Source: Phoronis australis (taxonomy: Eukaryota; Animalia; Phoronida). Taken from it: a stretch of 64,000 nt of DNA. The translations under genes were made by a program, and so were the position numbers. The notes under the pieces were generated by a model, which was not told the DNA's origin, made no database searches, and saw only the letters and a list, made by a program, of their open reading frames with translations. Where the stretch lies: the NCBI GenBank assembly GCA_002633005.1, contig NMRA01000355.1, positions 270,310 to 334,309 of the forward strand, read 5' to 3'. This document shows positions 12,695-26,800 of this stretch, in pieces (the stretch's first letter is position 1; every line of letters begins with the position of its first letter).

Positions 12695-15105
12695 AATGCT
12701 ACATTGGTCCGAGTTGAACGTGTGAGAACATACTATCACGTTGTATTTTGTAATCATTCCAGCACTCTGTTTATTGTCCGTGAGTGTGAAAGAATTAGCA
12801 CTAAAAAGTGGTTTTAGATTACCCTTTCCCCCTCCTCAAGTGCAAAGGAATTTAGGCAAGTTTCGCTCCGGTACAACGCACTTGTTCAACACAACCCGTA
12901 ATCAAAATTGGTTTTATTCAAACTAATCGTTAGCGACCTAGAAAGTGGAACCAGTACATCGGAATGCCGATGTCAGCCCAAATCCGTGTCGATTTATTTA
13001 TTGTTGATTCGATAAAATAAGGATGTTTTAGCACATGTCGACCAAGCCTGACAAAAATGAACGTAATAAATTTCCCGTAAGAAACCAGATCACATTGAAA
13101 CGAAACAAATGTTTGCCATGTCCAATATTACGTTCAAAAGTTTATTTTTTACCAGAACTGGAAACTATAGCGTCAGAGAGGTAAATTAAATCTCCTAGGC
13201 GTACTATTTGCCGTGTATCATTTATCATACACGTAGCAATACTGTGGAAAAGAGATAGTCTGGCCATTCACGTGTAATTGCCACAAGCCTAACTACAAAT
13301 TCTGTCATTCAGCCTGTACCTTTCTCATAGGATCAAGCTATTAATGAAAATCAAACGTAGACCAGACGTCTGGTATCCCTTCTTATCGGATTGCATGTGA
13401 ACGCAGTATAAATCTCAATCAGGACATACTGCTGCGGTACGTGAATGTTAACTCAAACGCTGCACGCGAAAAGAATCGCCAGCACTATGTTGTCGTATAC
13501 AATGTACAGACTTGACATAACTATAAAAATTGGTCTATGAATAAATTGACCACGTTTACAATTCGCAAATCTCTTATACTAAGCCTTGTCGTGCAGTGAC
13601 TTCAAATCAGTCGAGGACACGTGTATCACAGCGAACCGTGCAGAATCAATGATGTCAGTGTCGTCAGAAACCCTCGTCGAAGAGTGCTGGCATCTCAAAA
13701 AGCGATTTGTTGCAAGATACATGTATCTCCATCTTATCCATGCAAAGCATCCAAACCACGAAGGTTTACAATTACTCTTACAAGCAAAGGAAGTACGTGA
13801 TGGGAATTTTAGTCCCAAAGAAACTCTTTTGATATCACGCTGATGAAAAAAGCTAGTCAATTACAGATAGGAGATCGCGTGAAACAATGGGTGTCGTTTA
13901 CCCATTTAGGCTTCGAGTGGGCCCGAATACAGTTTCAATTAGCGATCGTAACAAATGTTAACAACCGAGAATTGGTTTGTACGCTCTAATCCCGTCTCAT
14001 CGCTGCACGGCTTCTGAAGCACGCAATATATTTATGTTCGACTTTCGCAAAAAGTTAAAGTGCGCCCCGAGCTCTTTCCCCAGGGTTGAAAAGCGTTAGG
14101 TGTAGGCGGAAGTAGGATATTTATTTTTACTAAGGAAAACATAATATTTAATAAGGCAAAGTCAAATTGAAGGATTTTCTCAAACATGCGCAACAGCGTT
14201 TAAGAACAGAATCAACTTTGTCACAATATCAAATGAGCATTCTTTAAAAATAACAATTTAGCGTATGCATTAGGATTTTCTGAAACATCCACTTCAAAAC
14301 GTGACTCTCAGTGCCAACCGTCGACCGACATATTCGAAGTTTTCACAAACTTGTACGGACATGTCGCATGTATTCAGGGAGACTAGCTACTGGAGCCTTG
14401 AAGTGGTTTGTGGTACTTGAGTCACATATTTTGTAATTGACTGGGGTCCTTTAAATAGTGACTGTACATAACGCCTGGGTTGTACAATGAGAGACGTCAT
14501 GACACCATGCCGCAATAATATGCAAACAACTGACACCTAACTGATGTCCTATACGTGTTTAGCCCTCTGACAACGAGGGCTTAGAAATTCCAACAATATC
14601 CCCACGTGGCGCTTAGCAATCTTCTAAATTGAAAGATGGGTTAGTGTTTTGGTTCTAACACGCTTCTTCTAAAATTTCCAATACTTCAGTGAATATAAAA
14701 ACGCACACTATTTCAACTAGTGAAAAAGTCGAAAAATATCCACGCGTTTTTAACAGTTCCATGGGCGTGAAGCCATAAATTTGTGAGGCATCAGTTTTTT
14801 ACTCTCATGCAGTTAATACTTTTTATAGTTCTGGTCAAAGCTAGGAACTTCAAAAAGTCTATCCCATCCAACAGTAGTCTCCAAAATAAGTTTTTTCTTT
14901 TAATTACTTTTAGATTTACATGCAAATGTTTTCATGGTTTACATGTAGCTACCCAGTGTCTGCAGAATTCGAGGCGGTCGGAATCCAGGGAGGACAGACG
15001 TCATCCCAGAATTCCCTGCTCTAGCAAAACATGGCATGGAGATCGCTGCGTTTCATGGCTTTGGAATATGTTTCCTTGCTGTAATCGCCAAATTTGAGGT
15101 AATAG

Positions 15106-15939
15106 CAGTGGCAGATCTAGGATATCACAAGGGGGGTTCCAACATTTTGTCCGGCTGTAAGCATTTACGCCAACCACGATTGTAGATGCGTATAGCACCG
15201 AATGGGGAGAGGTCGGGAGGGGGGGTTTGTTTTTTCCTCTAAAAATCAAGCATTTTCCTTGATTCCTGATTAAAGTATTATCCAAGAAAAAAGGCACAAA
15301 AAAACGCGGAGAACGTGTCAAACAGGACAAACAGCACGTACCACAGACTCGAACTCACGAACTGGCGGATAGAGCGCGCGTGCTTTACCACTACACCACC
15401 ACGATTTAACTACTAATTTGGTGCTAAGAGACCTACTTGTTTATGGTCCACAGCGTTTGCGCGCGAAACCTACTTCTTTTTGTAATGCTTATTACACGTT
15501 TTATATTTTGTCCAATTGGTTCTTAACAAATTTGTTGTATTTAAAATAGTCTTCAAATGCCCAAAATCACCAAATCCGTTTTTCGTGTTGGCAATAATGA
15601 CGGGATTGCTTTGGAAATCGTCTTAAGTTAAGGTTTGACAAAGAGAGAATTATGAGTTTCTGAGTCATTCACCACGGCTTCGATTAAAATTCACATCTTA
15701 CCATCAGTTTCTGTTTTTCATCGTCACTCAGGTTCCATTTTCTTTAAAAAATGAAGTAAATTTTCTTCATTGCACAGTAGAGCAGACGACGGGAACGGGG
15801 TCGTAGTGCGCAGCGCCACTGCCGGTCGCCTGGGATATCGCGGAAGAGCTTACACTTTGCCTTAGTTCCGTCACGAATAATTTTAATTACCGGGGTTAAT
15901 TAATAAACTCACCTCCCCCCCCCCCTAAATCCGCCTATG
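15106..15939. mobile_element. Non-autonomous DNA transposon with 5-bp TSD (hAT5-like)
   Basis: Termini CAGTGGCAGATCTAGG...CCTAAATCCGCCTATG; perfect TSD aatag (15101-15105, 15940-15944). Confidence 0.75.
15334..15400 (-). mobile_element. tRNA-derived Pol III promoter head (SINE-like / tRNA pseudogene) inside the DNA element
   Basis: Minus strand GGTGGTGTAGTGGTAAAGCAC (A box) ... GAGTTCGAGTC (B box); no intact cloverleaf. Confidence 0.55.
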
Positions 15940-17425
15940 AATAGGAATAATAGAAATGATGACAGTAATCTAATGATCATGTCATTAGGCAGTATCATAA
16001 CAATTATCATGGTCAATCTTATGATATTACTTCTGCTTGTAATATTTTGAAAGGATAATGAGAATATACCTTTTCCTTTGATTTCTTTCATGTTAAAAGT
16101 ACACATTGATTGATGTTCAACAAAGAGCGAGGTTTCCAATTTTCAGGGATAGGAAATTTCTTTCCGTTTTCCGTGCTAAGCCGAATCAGATACCTATAAA
16201 TAAACCGGTCAAGATATAAATTGGGCCATAAAATAATTGACTTGTAAGCGGGAAGATTAACGGTCTTTGTAGTGTCCGTTTGTGTGTCGCAACATTCAGA
16301 AGAAGAGCAAATATAACGTGTACATAAACAGTCGTATTTTAGAGTGTGAGTATGTGCATAGCATAATGTATTGCATCCATGATCTCACCAACTAATGGCC
16401 GCCTTCGGCCCGTCATAATCCCAATCTATGTGACAGGCATTCTGTTGCAGAAACAACTTTTGATTTAGGCCATTCACCGTTATGAAATTTGTCTCAAATT
16501 GGCCCTTATTCAAAAAGGGATTTTTGGGCATGCAGAGAATTGTCAAATGAATTTTTGTATTGCTCGAGACTTGGATTTACAAGTTAAATTGTCAAAGCGT
16601 GTCATTTTGTTTTGACAAGCATTGACTTCTAGCTACTGTAGGCCACAAACAGAAAATTATTTGAAATCCAGAAATCACTAGACTAGTTTCGTAGCATCAA
16701 GTGGTCAAAATCAAAATTTGTTCGTCCGACAGCATGTAGATTTGTGGCCGCTTTAAACCACGTGACTCGGTGATTATATGGCGCGTGTTCGATATTTTGT
16801 ATAGTAACCACGCCATACTTCGATCCAGCCAACTTGGATTTCAATAGGGCGTCTGAATTTCAAAATTTGTCGAGGTATAAACTGCAGTCCACACGTACAC
16901 GTAATTTTCAGTGCTCTGAACTACCTTATTTCCTTCATTATGCACACAGTTTTTGGACAAACAAAACTCAGTCACGCGGCGTTTCGTTGGTCTGTTGAGC
17001 CAGTTGTCCCCTCGCCCCCATTTCGCCTTCCAATTTTATCTATCTATGAAAACTGATGGCAAAAATTCGAAGACATTCAATCAGAGACAGAAGGGCGACA
17101 CGTTCCAAACAAAACACTTGGAGGCCTGGAACGCGAAAATTCGTAAAAATGACATTTAAACACAAATTGTGGCAAATCTACTTCATTAGTGTGCTAAAGT
17201 GAGAGTTTTTTACTTTCAATATTGCAAGAATTTTGAGGATACAATCGTCAGATCCATTATTTTTGAAATACAGATGAAATATAAACTCAAATTCCCACTG
17301 CTATATGTGAGCATGCGCTCAAAGAATTTCCCAGAAAACTCTTCCCAAATGCATACATCAAAGGTTAAAGGTCACATTTTTCACAAGGAAACGTGTTACG
17401 TCTATGTCTTGCCAAGCCAGATAAG

Positions 17426-17587
17426 CAGTGCTGTAGTGGGGCGTAGGCGCACGTAGGCGCAGCCAACCACCTTTTGGCATTTTAACATAGCGCCTACATG
17501 TACGCACCGTAAGTTACGTTCAGTGCTCAAGGTGATACGGGGGGCTCTGGGCGCCTACTTACCTTTAAATTTACCACTACAGCACTG
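17426..17587. mobile_element. hAT-type MITE with 8-bp TSD
   Basis: 14-bp perfect TIR CAGTGCTGTAGTGG; perfect TSD cagataag on both sides. Confidence 0.85.
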
Positions 17588-17795
17588 CAGATAAGGAGTC
17601 ATGCTTTGCCTTGTAAGGGAAAAATCGACGAAGTGACGGGTAGTTTCCAGATCGTTTTTTAATTTGAAACTAACGGAATAATGCTTTGACATCAACAGAA
17701 ATTCAAAACCTTTACGAACAAACCGTAAAAATGCCTGGTGAACAGTTTGATTTCTGTTTCAGTGACAGAAAACCAGTTTGAATAACACAATTAAG

Positions 17796-17955
17796 CAGTG
17801 GTGTAGCGGTAAAGTTAGAAGTATGTATACGCCCAGTTCACCATCTTGTGCAGCTACGCGCCAGTACACCTCAATTTATGGTATGTAGACGCTAGATTGA
17901 AAATGAAAAAGGTGGTGTACTGCGTTTACGTGCGTCTACGCTCCACTACAGCTTC
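17796..17955. mobile_element. Degenerate inverted copy of the 17426 MITE family
   Basis: CAGTGGTGTAGCGG...CCACTACAGC termini; interior similar to the reverse complement of 17426-17587. Confidence 0.6.
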
Positions 17956-20048
17956 ACAGTTTTTAAAATCTGTTTTTCGTATTCTTTGCCACTTTAAAAA
18001 CAGAGAATTTCGAAACTTCCGTTTTCGGGAGAAGCAAAAATTAATCTCTGTGGATTTCGTCTTCTAGCGTAAAATCCAAGTCTTTGTTAAAAGGGATGAA
18101 TATTTCACTCACCCGTTGGCTTAAATAAGACAACAGAGCGTCTAAATTTGAATACCACTTTTACACTCGCAAGTATGCTCGTGCGCAACAGATCCGAGCA
18201 CGAAAGCTGGGCACGTGATCTAAACTCACTCGAAATTTTAATTGTTTTTTTAATACGAACTCAAGATAATTATCTATTATTCTGTGATTTAGAATATTAT
18301 GGATTATGCAAACTACCGCCCTTGTTAAAGCATGTATAGTATAGATTAGATATACAAACTCGAGTAAAATGTCGAGTTTTCGTCTAAAATCTCACTAAAA
18401 ATTTCGAGTTCAAGAAACTCGAGCTCTTTGCTTTCATGCCACGATTATCAAGTGCAAGACCCTGGCCTTTGGTTTCCAAAAGCGAACTGGAGGTCTAACA
18501 CAATTTTCACATTGTCTCCCCTAGTTTAAGGTGATTTGGCCAGCGTTTCAAAACATTTCTTGAATCATGAGATCCTGAAGTGTCATGGCGCTCAGGTCAC
18601 AGTCAGTGCGTACATGCACCTTTTTCCAACTAGCAATCATTTTACGGTTGCCCTGCCTCAATTAAATCTGAAGCGTGTTTGTGAGTAGTTGATGGGTTCG
18701 ATGTTCGTGTTCGTCACGGAAATCAAGCGCTATCACGGCGAGGGCTATTATTAGTCAGACCGATTTTATTAGTTTTTCTGTGACTAATTCATTTTCGTCA
18801 GATAAATGCTCAGGAAAAGTATTTTTTGCGAAATTTGAAAGTCTGCGCGACGTGTGTCATGCGATTTGTGTATTTTAATGAATCTAAAGTGCGTTACGGT
18901 GCTCGAGGGACTCGACAAAATGAAAAGTCTTTGTGGTATCATTTATTAATATATGGTTTGCTTCCTGTCAAATGATCAGATAGTAATATTCATTGTTTTT
19001 TTCAGAATTGCTCATTCCAATATTTATTAGTAATAGAAAACCAACGTAAACAAGAACTCTCACAACCGGAATACCCTGGCCAAGGGATTGTCAGGTTCCT
19101 GTCGAGAGAAATAGAAGAAACCTGTGTATTTTAGTACCCCTAAACCACAATGAGACACTCCGGATGTTGGTGAAACATAATAAATTCACATTCGACATGT
19201 TTCTATATGAATGACTAGTGATGCGTATGGATTGCAGTTATTTCCATTTGTACGTAATGCGTACTGTGAAATCCTTACTGCGTTTATTGGCTCTGTAAAA
19301 TCACTGAATACGCATTACAGGCAGGAATTCCGTTTTCATGACGTCAGCGACGAAACTGCCAAGAAACAAAACAACAACAGTAGCAATTTAACGAACCAGG
19401 TGTCAAAATGGCAAGGTGCACAAGTCTGTGCTTCCGAAAACTGACAAAGCGTCAACTACATGCAGTATGGTGTTCACACACGAACAGCGTATTTCCGTCT
19501 TACACCTGGAAATGTTTGAGTGTAAAAGTACTCCACATATGTGTTGGGTTGTGGACTCAGGTTGTAGGATTTAACCAGTTGAGCTGCACGTATTTTAAAA
19601 CGCACGTCAAACCACTTTTCTTCAAATACGCACCATTTTACTGAACGCACTGGTATGCCTTATTCTTCACGCATTGTGCATTACGCACTTTATGGTCGGT
19701 CCGGTTACAGAGAAGATCTGGGGTGCGCGCCTCGTGGACTCTCGCTTTTGAGGAATCATCGTTTTGGTACAGGAAACAGCAGTTCAACATTTCGCCCTGA
19801 GCGGCTTCGCCGTACCAATCACTTCAGTGACTGCCAAGTTTTTGCAAGTCTCGGTAGCTCCACCTGCCGACTGAACTTACGCTCTAAATGCGCTATTTAC
19901 TCGAGTTGTCTTGTTTGTTATTGCTTTTCTCACGTGTGCCGCCGTCTTCAGTGCGTTTACAAAATCCACACTTGCGTCTCAAATGCAGGACTTAGTTACT
20001 TTCAACTCCAGATGGCCGCTTCCCAGGAGGCTTACGCAGAGCCGTCTA

Positions 20049-20490
20049 CATGCGCGCACCCAGGGGGGGGGGCTCGGAGGGCTCGAACGAGCTCCCTCCC
20101 CCCCCCCCCCCAACTTTGCGAAGTGGGCAAAAAGTTCCGCCCCTGAGGGACAAAAAGTCCGAGAACATGGGACAAAAGTCCACTAAATAAGCGCAAAGTC
20201 GCAATTCACACAGAGGTGCTCCCGTTTTTTTTTTCTTTACTTTTTTAGTCCGCCCGCTTTCTTTTTTACCAAGAGTTCCACAAAGTCAGGAATTCCTGAC
20301 GTTGTGGACCATCTGCTAACAAAAGAGCGGGCGGACTAAAAAAAGAAAAAAAAACGGGAGCACCACTGTGCATTACGCGTTTGCACATGTTTAATGGACT
20401 TATGCCTCATTTTCTCGGACTTTTTGTCACTCACAGGCGGAACTTTTTGCCCACTTCGCCAAATGGGGGGGCTCATTCGTTAAAACGGGT
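20049..20490. mobile_element. Foldback-like MITE (CATGCGCGCACCCAG family) with long internal inverted repeat
   Basis: Arms ~20110-20270 and ~20320-20470 are reverse complements; same terminus as 36145 and related to 27296. Confidence 0.7.
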
Positions 20491-22899
20491 CCCATTCCAA
20501 CATTTTGTTCACCGAGTTCAGTGCTGCACGCGTCTCCGACAAAGAAGGCCGAAGTGTACAACTCATCGTCACAAACTCACTACAGATGTTAAGGCTCAAA
20601 ATACGCTTCCATACATGCCCCACCTGTTGCGTGTCACCTGTACCACTGAGTCGCCATAAACTTTCGACAACCGGAAGCATTATTCCAAAAGGTACACGAT
20701 TGAGCTTGGAGCTAAATATCACTTCAGATGCTGAAAATAAAGCATTATTGTATTTTCTTGTATACACGTACAATTTATGTATTTTTAAGTTAATTAAATG
20801 AAAATCTCGGTTTTGTTCACAAGTACAGTGCCCACTAACCATGGAGTAAGTCAAGCCGAAATGAAAGTTGTTGGGGAGAAAAGAAAACCGTTCATGATAA
20901 ATGAAACGCGGTCAATTAGAGCAATGAGTACAATCTGTGGGAAAAGAATATTGCGTTAATGAGAAAAATACGCTGCAAATGAGAAAGACCATAAGGAGCA
21001 TCATAAGATTGGCAGTCTTAATTAAGGTTGATTAATTATGATACAAGGAGGATACTTTCTCAGGCGTTAAACATATGACGTGGACACAAAAATGCGCCGT
21101 GAAATATTTCCCACAGAACTAATTCTTCCGGTACCGGCGACAAAAAACAACGAAGAGCGTACATTTTTCCTACAGAATAATCAATTCTCACCATAAAGAC
21201 AAACTGTAAAACATGATTTACAGTACTGAACTCAAGACGATATGGAAATTGGACGTGGCACAGACGAAGATCCATCAACGCGACCGAAGTCGACGCGGAT
21301 TTATATTAACATGCGAAAGTGGAGCAACAGACTACCTCAAGCCAAACTGTACACAACATCGTTTTTCTCAATACAACTGTCTTAGTCAATGATGTGCAAC
21401 TGAACGTTTGGGAAATCTGTCACCGTCAAAATAAGCCATGATTATCAGGGAACAATATCAATACGCTTTTTACTATAGTAAAAGTGAACATTGAGAATTT
21501 TTCTCCGCTCAGAAAATGGTCCCATGTCAGTGGCACCTACAACCCGTATATCCCGCAGACAATAATGTTTTCCTTCGGTCTTTTAAACGGGTTACATTAA
21601 ATTCCTTGAACAGGTGTTAGGATGTCGCGGAGTAAAAACACATCAATAGTTACCTGCACTAAACGAAAACATGGGGGTTTTATTGCTTTTCGCCAGATTT
21701 CCAGTTGAACAGGAAAACAGAAAAAATCTGCCGAAAACAAGTGTCTTAAAAAATACTTCAGACATCAGAAAAGATGAAGGTTGAACAAATTGCCCTTAAT
21801 GGCTGCACTTGGTTGACTTCCGGTGTTTCAACCTGCTAAGACATTAAATTGGTTCTCGATGACAACTTCAGGCTTACATAAGTCTTAGACGCTTGACTGG
21901 ACGGAACCGACGAATTCAATAAAATTTAACCAATGTAGTTAGCTCGAGGTGCGAGCAAGGTGACGCAAGGAGTACCTTTTCGCCGGAAATAACTTTTTGC
22001 TGGACACACGTAACTAAACTGTCGGTTTCCGCCGACACAATGTGATACTTATCATTACGCAACGTCGCTCTCCTACGAAAGACACTGAGAACGCACCATG
22101 CAGCTCATTTAAACCGTTTCCCCAGCACCACGTGTACGGAGGCCTCTCCGCACCACCAAGGGACTCCCGCTAACCCTCGTCGATTCAGCAAACTGTGTAT
22201 TCTATTGCCAAACTTGGTCTGCTCCAAACGTTTAAGGATACGAGATTATTTCATTTCAAAGATTTTTAATGGCTGCCCATCAGTCAACATTTGCTAATAT
22301 GCCAAACGAGCGTTTATTATAATCCCTTAAAAATGGGAGGATTAAATGCCATAGAGAAATTAAAAAGTTTATTAAATCACATGTAAAAGAAAAGTAGGTT
22401 TATGCCACAATGCCATCCAAGAGAATACAACTGGATGACTAAAGTACCACATCGTAGTACAACCGTGCAATACTACACCTACACAAAGTACACCAATATA
22501 CATATGTACATGTACTACAAAAGAGCTCTCTGTAACTTCACTCTGCCAGATGGTAATTCTTCCTTTCTACTGCGCATCAACTAATATTCACGATTGCTAC
22601 TTTTTTCATTGGCTGTCTGCTTCCATGCAGAAAATGGAAAATTAACGACAAATGTTGTTCCTCACATCTCTAGGTACACAGTACAAAACACTCCACGGGC
22701 ACACAATACATGTGTACTGGTCTGAAATGGTGAATTACCAGACTGCAAAACTGTACAAGTCCATTCTTCATGTTCCATTAGAGGTTGCACAGTTACACAG
22801 CAAAACCTCAGCTTCAGTCTACTGTACCTTATGACAAAGTGCATGGCTTGATTTGGCAACCTGCTGCTCACTACTGCCACTTCGGATTTTGTTTGGCGA

Positions 22900-23280
22900 C
22901 ACCGTAATAATTCCAAGTCATCACGAATGCATCTGAGCATTCGATAATACTATAGGAAGTAAACAGACGATGTCGGAATTTCTTGGAAAAAAATTAAAAC
23001 GACTTGTCGATGACTCGAACACGCACGTGTGTAGACTGCATGCTCTTCCTTTGTGAATAAGGCGAATGTCCGAAGGATGAGCCAAAGTTGCAATGAGGCT
23101 TGACCGAGGTCATAATGCAAGCCATGACCACTAAAAACGACCGTCCAGTGTATATTGCCGTTCACTGGCTCCTCATTTCAAGTATCCCCATTTTCATCTT
23201 CCACTGCTGCCAACTAAACGCGGTCTCTGTGGGCCAGGTCTTTTGCACCCTCACAGACACGGTTTCCTTGTTGTTTTGAG
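22900..23280 (-). pseudogene. Possible degraded TIR-domain (Toll-like receptor) remnant
   Basis: HWTVVFS...EEHAVY...RQVVLIFFQEIP...*YYRMLRCIR resembles TIR beta-C/beta-D motifs (LILIFLE.IP; KY..LR); in-frame stops. Confidence 0.3.
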
Positions 23281-23892
23281 GACATTTCCTATTTGGTGAA
23301 CAATGCCCCGTCGCATATAGCAAGTTAACTTATGCTAAGCATCGAGCCCTGTCATGAAATTTAGCACTTTGATAATCAAAAACAACTGCAGACATGTGTC
23401 TCTTTTAAACTTAAGAGCAGTTCACTTCCCAGTTACTATGTCAGACCTCACCTCCACCTAAGTTTATGACAAAGGATTTTGTCATTTTAATAAATTAGAA
23501 TGCAGCAAGAGTACCTTCAATTCCTCAGAAAATGAAACTCGTTCCCTTAAACAGAGACAATCATTCCCTCCGGTACAGTGCCAAATCTCAGCTTCAGCCA
23601 GTTCATGACATATTGGTTGTTGTCCCTTCAATTCACGAGAAGGTCACATGCTCGTTTAAAGTTTAACCAGATTTCCTAAGAGCTACATCACAACTTCTGA
23701 CCCTGTATCACAGCAACTGCAAGACAGCAGCAAATGTTGTTCAAGGAAATCCTTAGAATATGGTACATGTCCCTTTAAAAGTTAAACATTGGTCTCTCTC
23801 AGCTTACGATATGATGGTCTCAGCTTAAGCCCAATCATTTCAATTTGAAAGAATGCGGTAGGTGTCCCTTTAAATCCTTGGCACATGCCCAT

Positions 23893-26800
23893 TTAAAACT
23901 TAAGCGGTCTCCCGAGTTCCACGACCATGTCCATGAGTTCATCGTCTGCCGCCCAATTCACTCCACTACCCACAACCAGGGCCTGCAACGTGTGTCGCTG
24001 CAGCACTATCTTGTCCGTGATTTCTTCAAGATGCTTTTTCGACCTGGAATACAGTACGGATACTAATCCCATATACTGACCATAGGGGGACTGATGGTTG
24101 GTTTATGTAACAGAATAATCAGTCTCAGGCAAGGCTTGACAACACAGCCTAATGCTTCTAACAGAAACCTGGTTTCTAACAGAAGCCTCCCTCTAATGAA
24201 AGCTGGGAGTTTAGGTACCCTGAAGTTCCTAAACGCCAGGTCTCCAAAAGAACCTGGGTCCCCAATAAAAGTCGGGTCTGTCTTCTTCTCTAACAATGAG
24301 ACAAAGCTCTGAACTTAAGATTGCAATTTTGGAAAATGCGTTTTTTTGCTCTGTTTTCAGTGTAGTTTCGGCCTAGTATCGGAGCTTCCTGCAGACGGAC
24401 CCATCCTTAGCTATCACAGGTGAGCGTGGGTGAGGAAAATTTTCTGCAGATACATCCAGGAAATGGAAAGATGAAAACTGTACCAAATGTGAATTTTCCT
24501 TCAAAAATTCCTACCTGAAGGGTGTCATACATCAACAATGCCATGAACTGACTCTTCTAGTTTCAATTTTTGTGCTGTCTACAGAACTGGAAAAACCTTA
24601 GTGTAAATTCGCCTCTTCCGAATATACAATATCATCTGGACTTATATTTGGATTCGACTTCTGGTCTCTAAACTGATATACTTAGAATAGTCGACCCAGA
24701 CTTATTTACAGAAAACTCTTAATAAACTGAGGTCTGTTATGAAAGTCTTCTAATAAAGGATGGGTCTGGAAAACACTTTAGAGTCTATACAGAGGTTAAC
24801 AGCCAGTAATCACCAGAACAAATTAAACTAGGTGACACAACTGCCACTCAGTACAACCAAGGAGAATATTGTAGTTTTGTCATGATAGAAATTGGATATT
24901 TATGAATAAGACCATCATGGCACGAATAACCCGCCAATGTTGCCACATTAGATGCATTTGAAAATCCCAGAATTTTGCAGAAACCATTTTACAGGAATCG
25001 TTTCCACTAATCTGTTGTCTCTGCATAAGGTTAAGAATCCCAGCAAGACATTAGATTGATAACATTTGTATGTTTGTTAGTTGAATAAATCAGAGTCCGA
25101 GCATCAGCCGAGATGTTGCCATTGGCTGCGAGTGGCTTGTAAGTTTAATTCAGTAAATGTATCTTAACTTACGAATAAATTATCCACAGTTTATCTTGCA
25201 AAATTTAATGGAACACCGAATCCAGGCAAATCTTTTGTTCTAATGCAAAAACATTTACTAATAAAAATTTGCCATAAATCCTGGAATAATTTTAAGGTAA
25301 TTTTTACAAACATTTTAGGAACTGTGCTTTTGATTCAGATAAAGGATGCCTAGGGAAATGTTGATTAACACAACTTACAGATCATTCTCCACGATATTTT
25401 ATAGAAACAGAAAAAATGCAACTTTTGAATACAAGCGAAGAGTGTCAGAATATAGTCTGACAGTATTTTTAGTTGAATTGTTTTGTTTTGTTATTCCGTT
25501 TGATTGGCATGAACCCTGAGTTAAGTACAGTGATGATGTAATTTGTTTACTACAGAATAGCATGGAACTTTCTAGAAGACTGAGGTCAGAACAGTGATGA
25601 TGTAATTTGTTTACTACAGAATAGTATGGAACTTTCTAGAAGACTGAGGTCAGAACAGTGATGATGTAATTTGTTTACTACAGAATAGTATGGAACTTTC
25701 TAGTAGACTGAGTTCAGTAATGATGATGTAATTTATTTACTGCAGTATTGTGTGGAATTGAACTCTCTAGAAGACTCTGGCATGACAGTGATTAATGCAG
25801 TCTGGAATATTCTAGAGACTAATACATGTTTGTAGAATGGTTGGGTAGATTCAGGAAAGTTCTAGAATGTGCTTGAATTGATGTAAAGTTCCAGAACAAT
25901 GCATAAGGCTATAAATACATAAGCACGGGTTTGTGTTAGGCAGATCAAGTCGGGAGATCAAGTGAGATCAAGCCAGTTCAAGAAAGATAATCAGGAGAAC
26001 TACAGTTGAGTTGAAGTGAAGAGAATCAGCAGTTACACTGATAGTCAATAGAGAGCCAGCTATAGAGACAGCAGGTTATTGAATCGACGAGTGTAACAGT
26101 TGCTGAACGTGTCTCAAAAGTTCATTACAAGTCAAGGCTTCGCAGCACTGGCTGGAGCATAAACATACATTACGTCGCACGTTTTGTTTGAGTAGGCTTG
26201 TGAATGTACGGTCAGGATTAATAAAGGATTAACTCGAACCAGTATTCAGTCAATCGTCGCACCAAAAGCTATTAGCACCGGTCTGGAACAACCTACGCCC
26301 ACCCACGTGACAAAGAGCTGCTACAACTTTTTCTAACATGAAACCGTGATTGCCAAATGTGTATTTTTACATTTATGCCCTAAACAGTATTCTACAAGGA
26401 GCAAGATCCAATTAAAGGCTATTTTTTAAAACAAAATGTGTTTGGACTTACCGCTGAATGGCTGTATTGTCTGTGAATTGCTGTGACATGGACGTCTGCA
26501 ATGTCCGACTTTCTTGTAGTTGGGACATTAAGTCACGATTCAGCACTTTGATATCTGCGCAAATACAACAAACAGTGTTTAGATACAGAACTTTCCTTTA
26601 ATTCAAAAATCCTTGGAACTCCATAATGTCAAAACAGCATTTTTGCAGCAAAAAGTTGTTGGCAATATATTTACCACCTGCAGAATTGGTATCAGAGAAA
26701 GAAAGGCGGCTGTAAAAAGTTGCTAAATAGGGTTAGCGTACAAAAGATGGACATGACAACGAAAAGTACTCATTTATGTATTTCTAAGTGCATAAAAAAA

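Noticed and set aside
13579-13860. Overlapping ORFs on both strands
   Set aside because: No convincing homology; only a vague ankyrin-like phrase in a broken third frame.
14966-15098. Isolated AG/GT-bounded open block (IRGGRNPGRTDVIPEFPALAKHG...)
   Set aside because: No partner exons or family motif found.
19655-20854. Cluster of long ORFs (163, 124 aa etc.)
   Set aside because: They read through a GC-rich foldback MITE; no identifiable domain.
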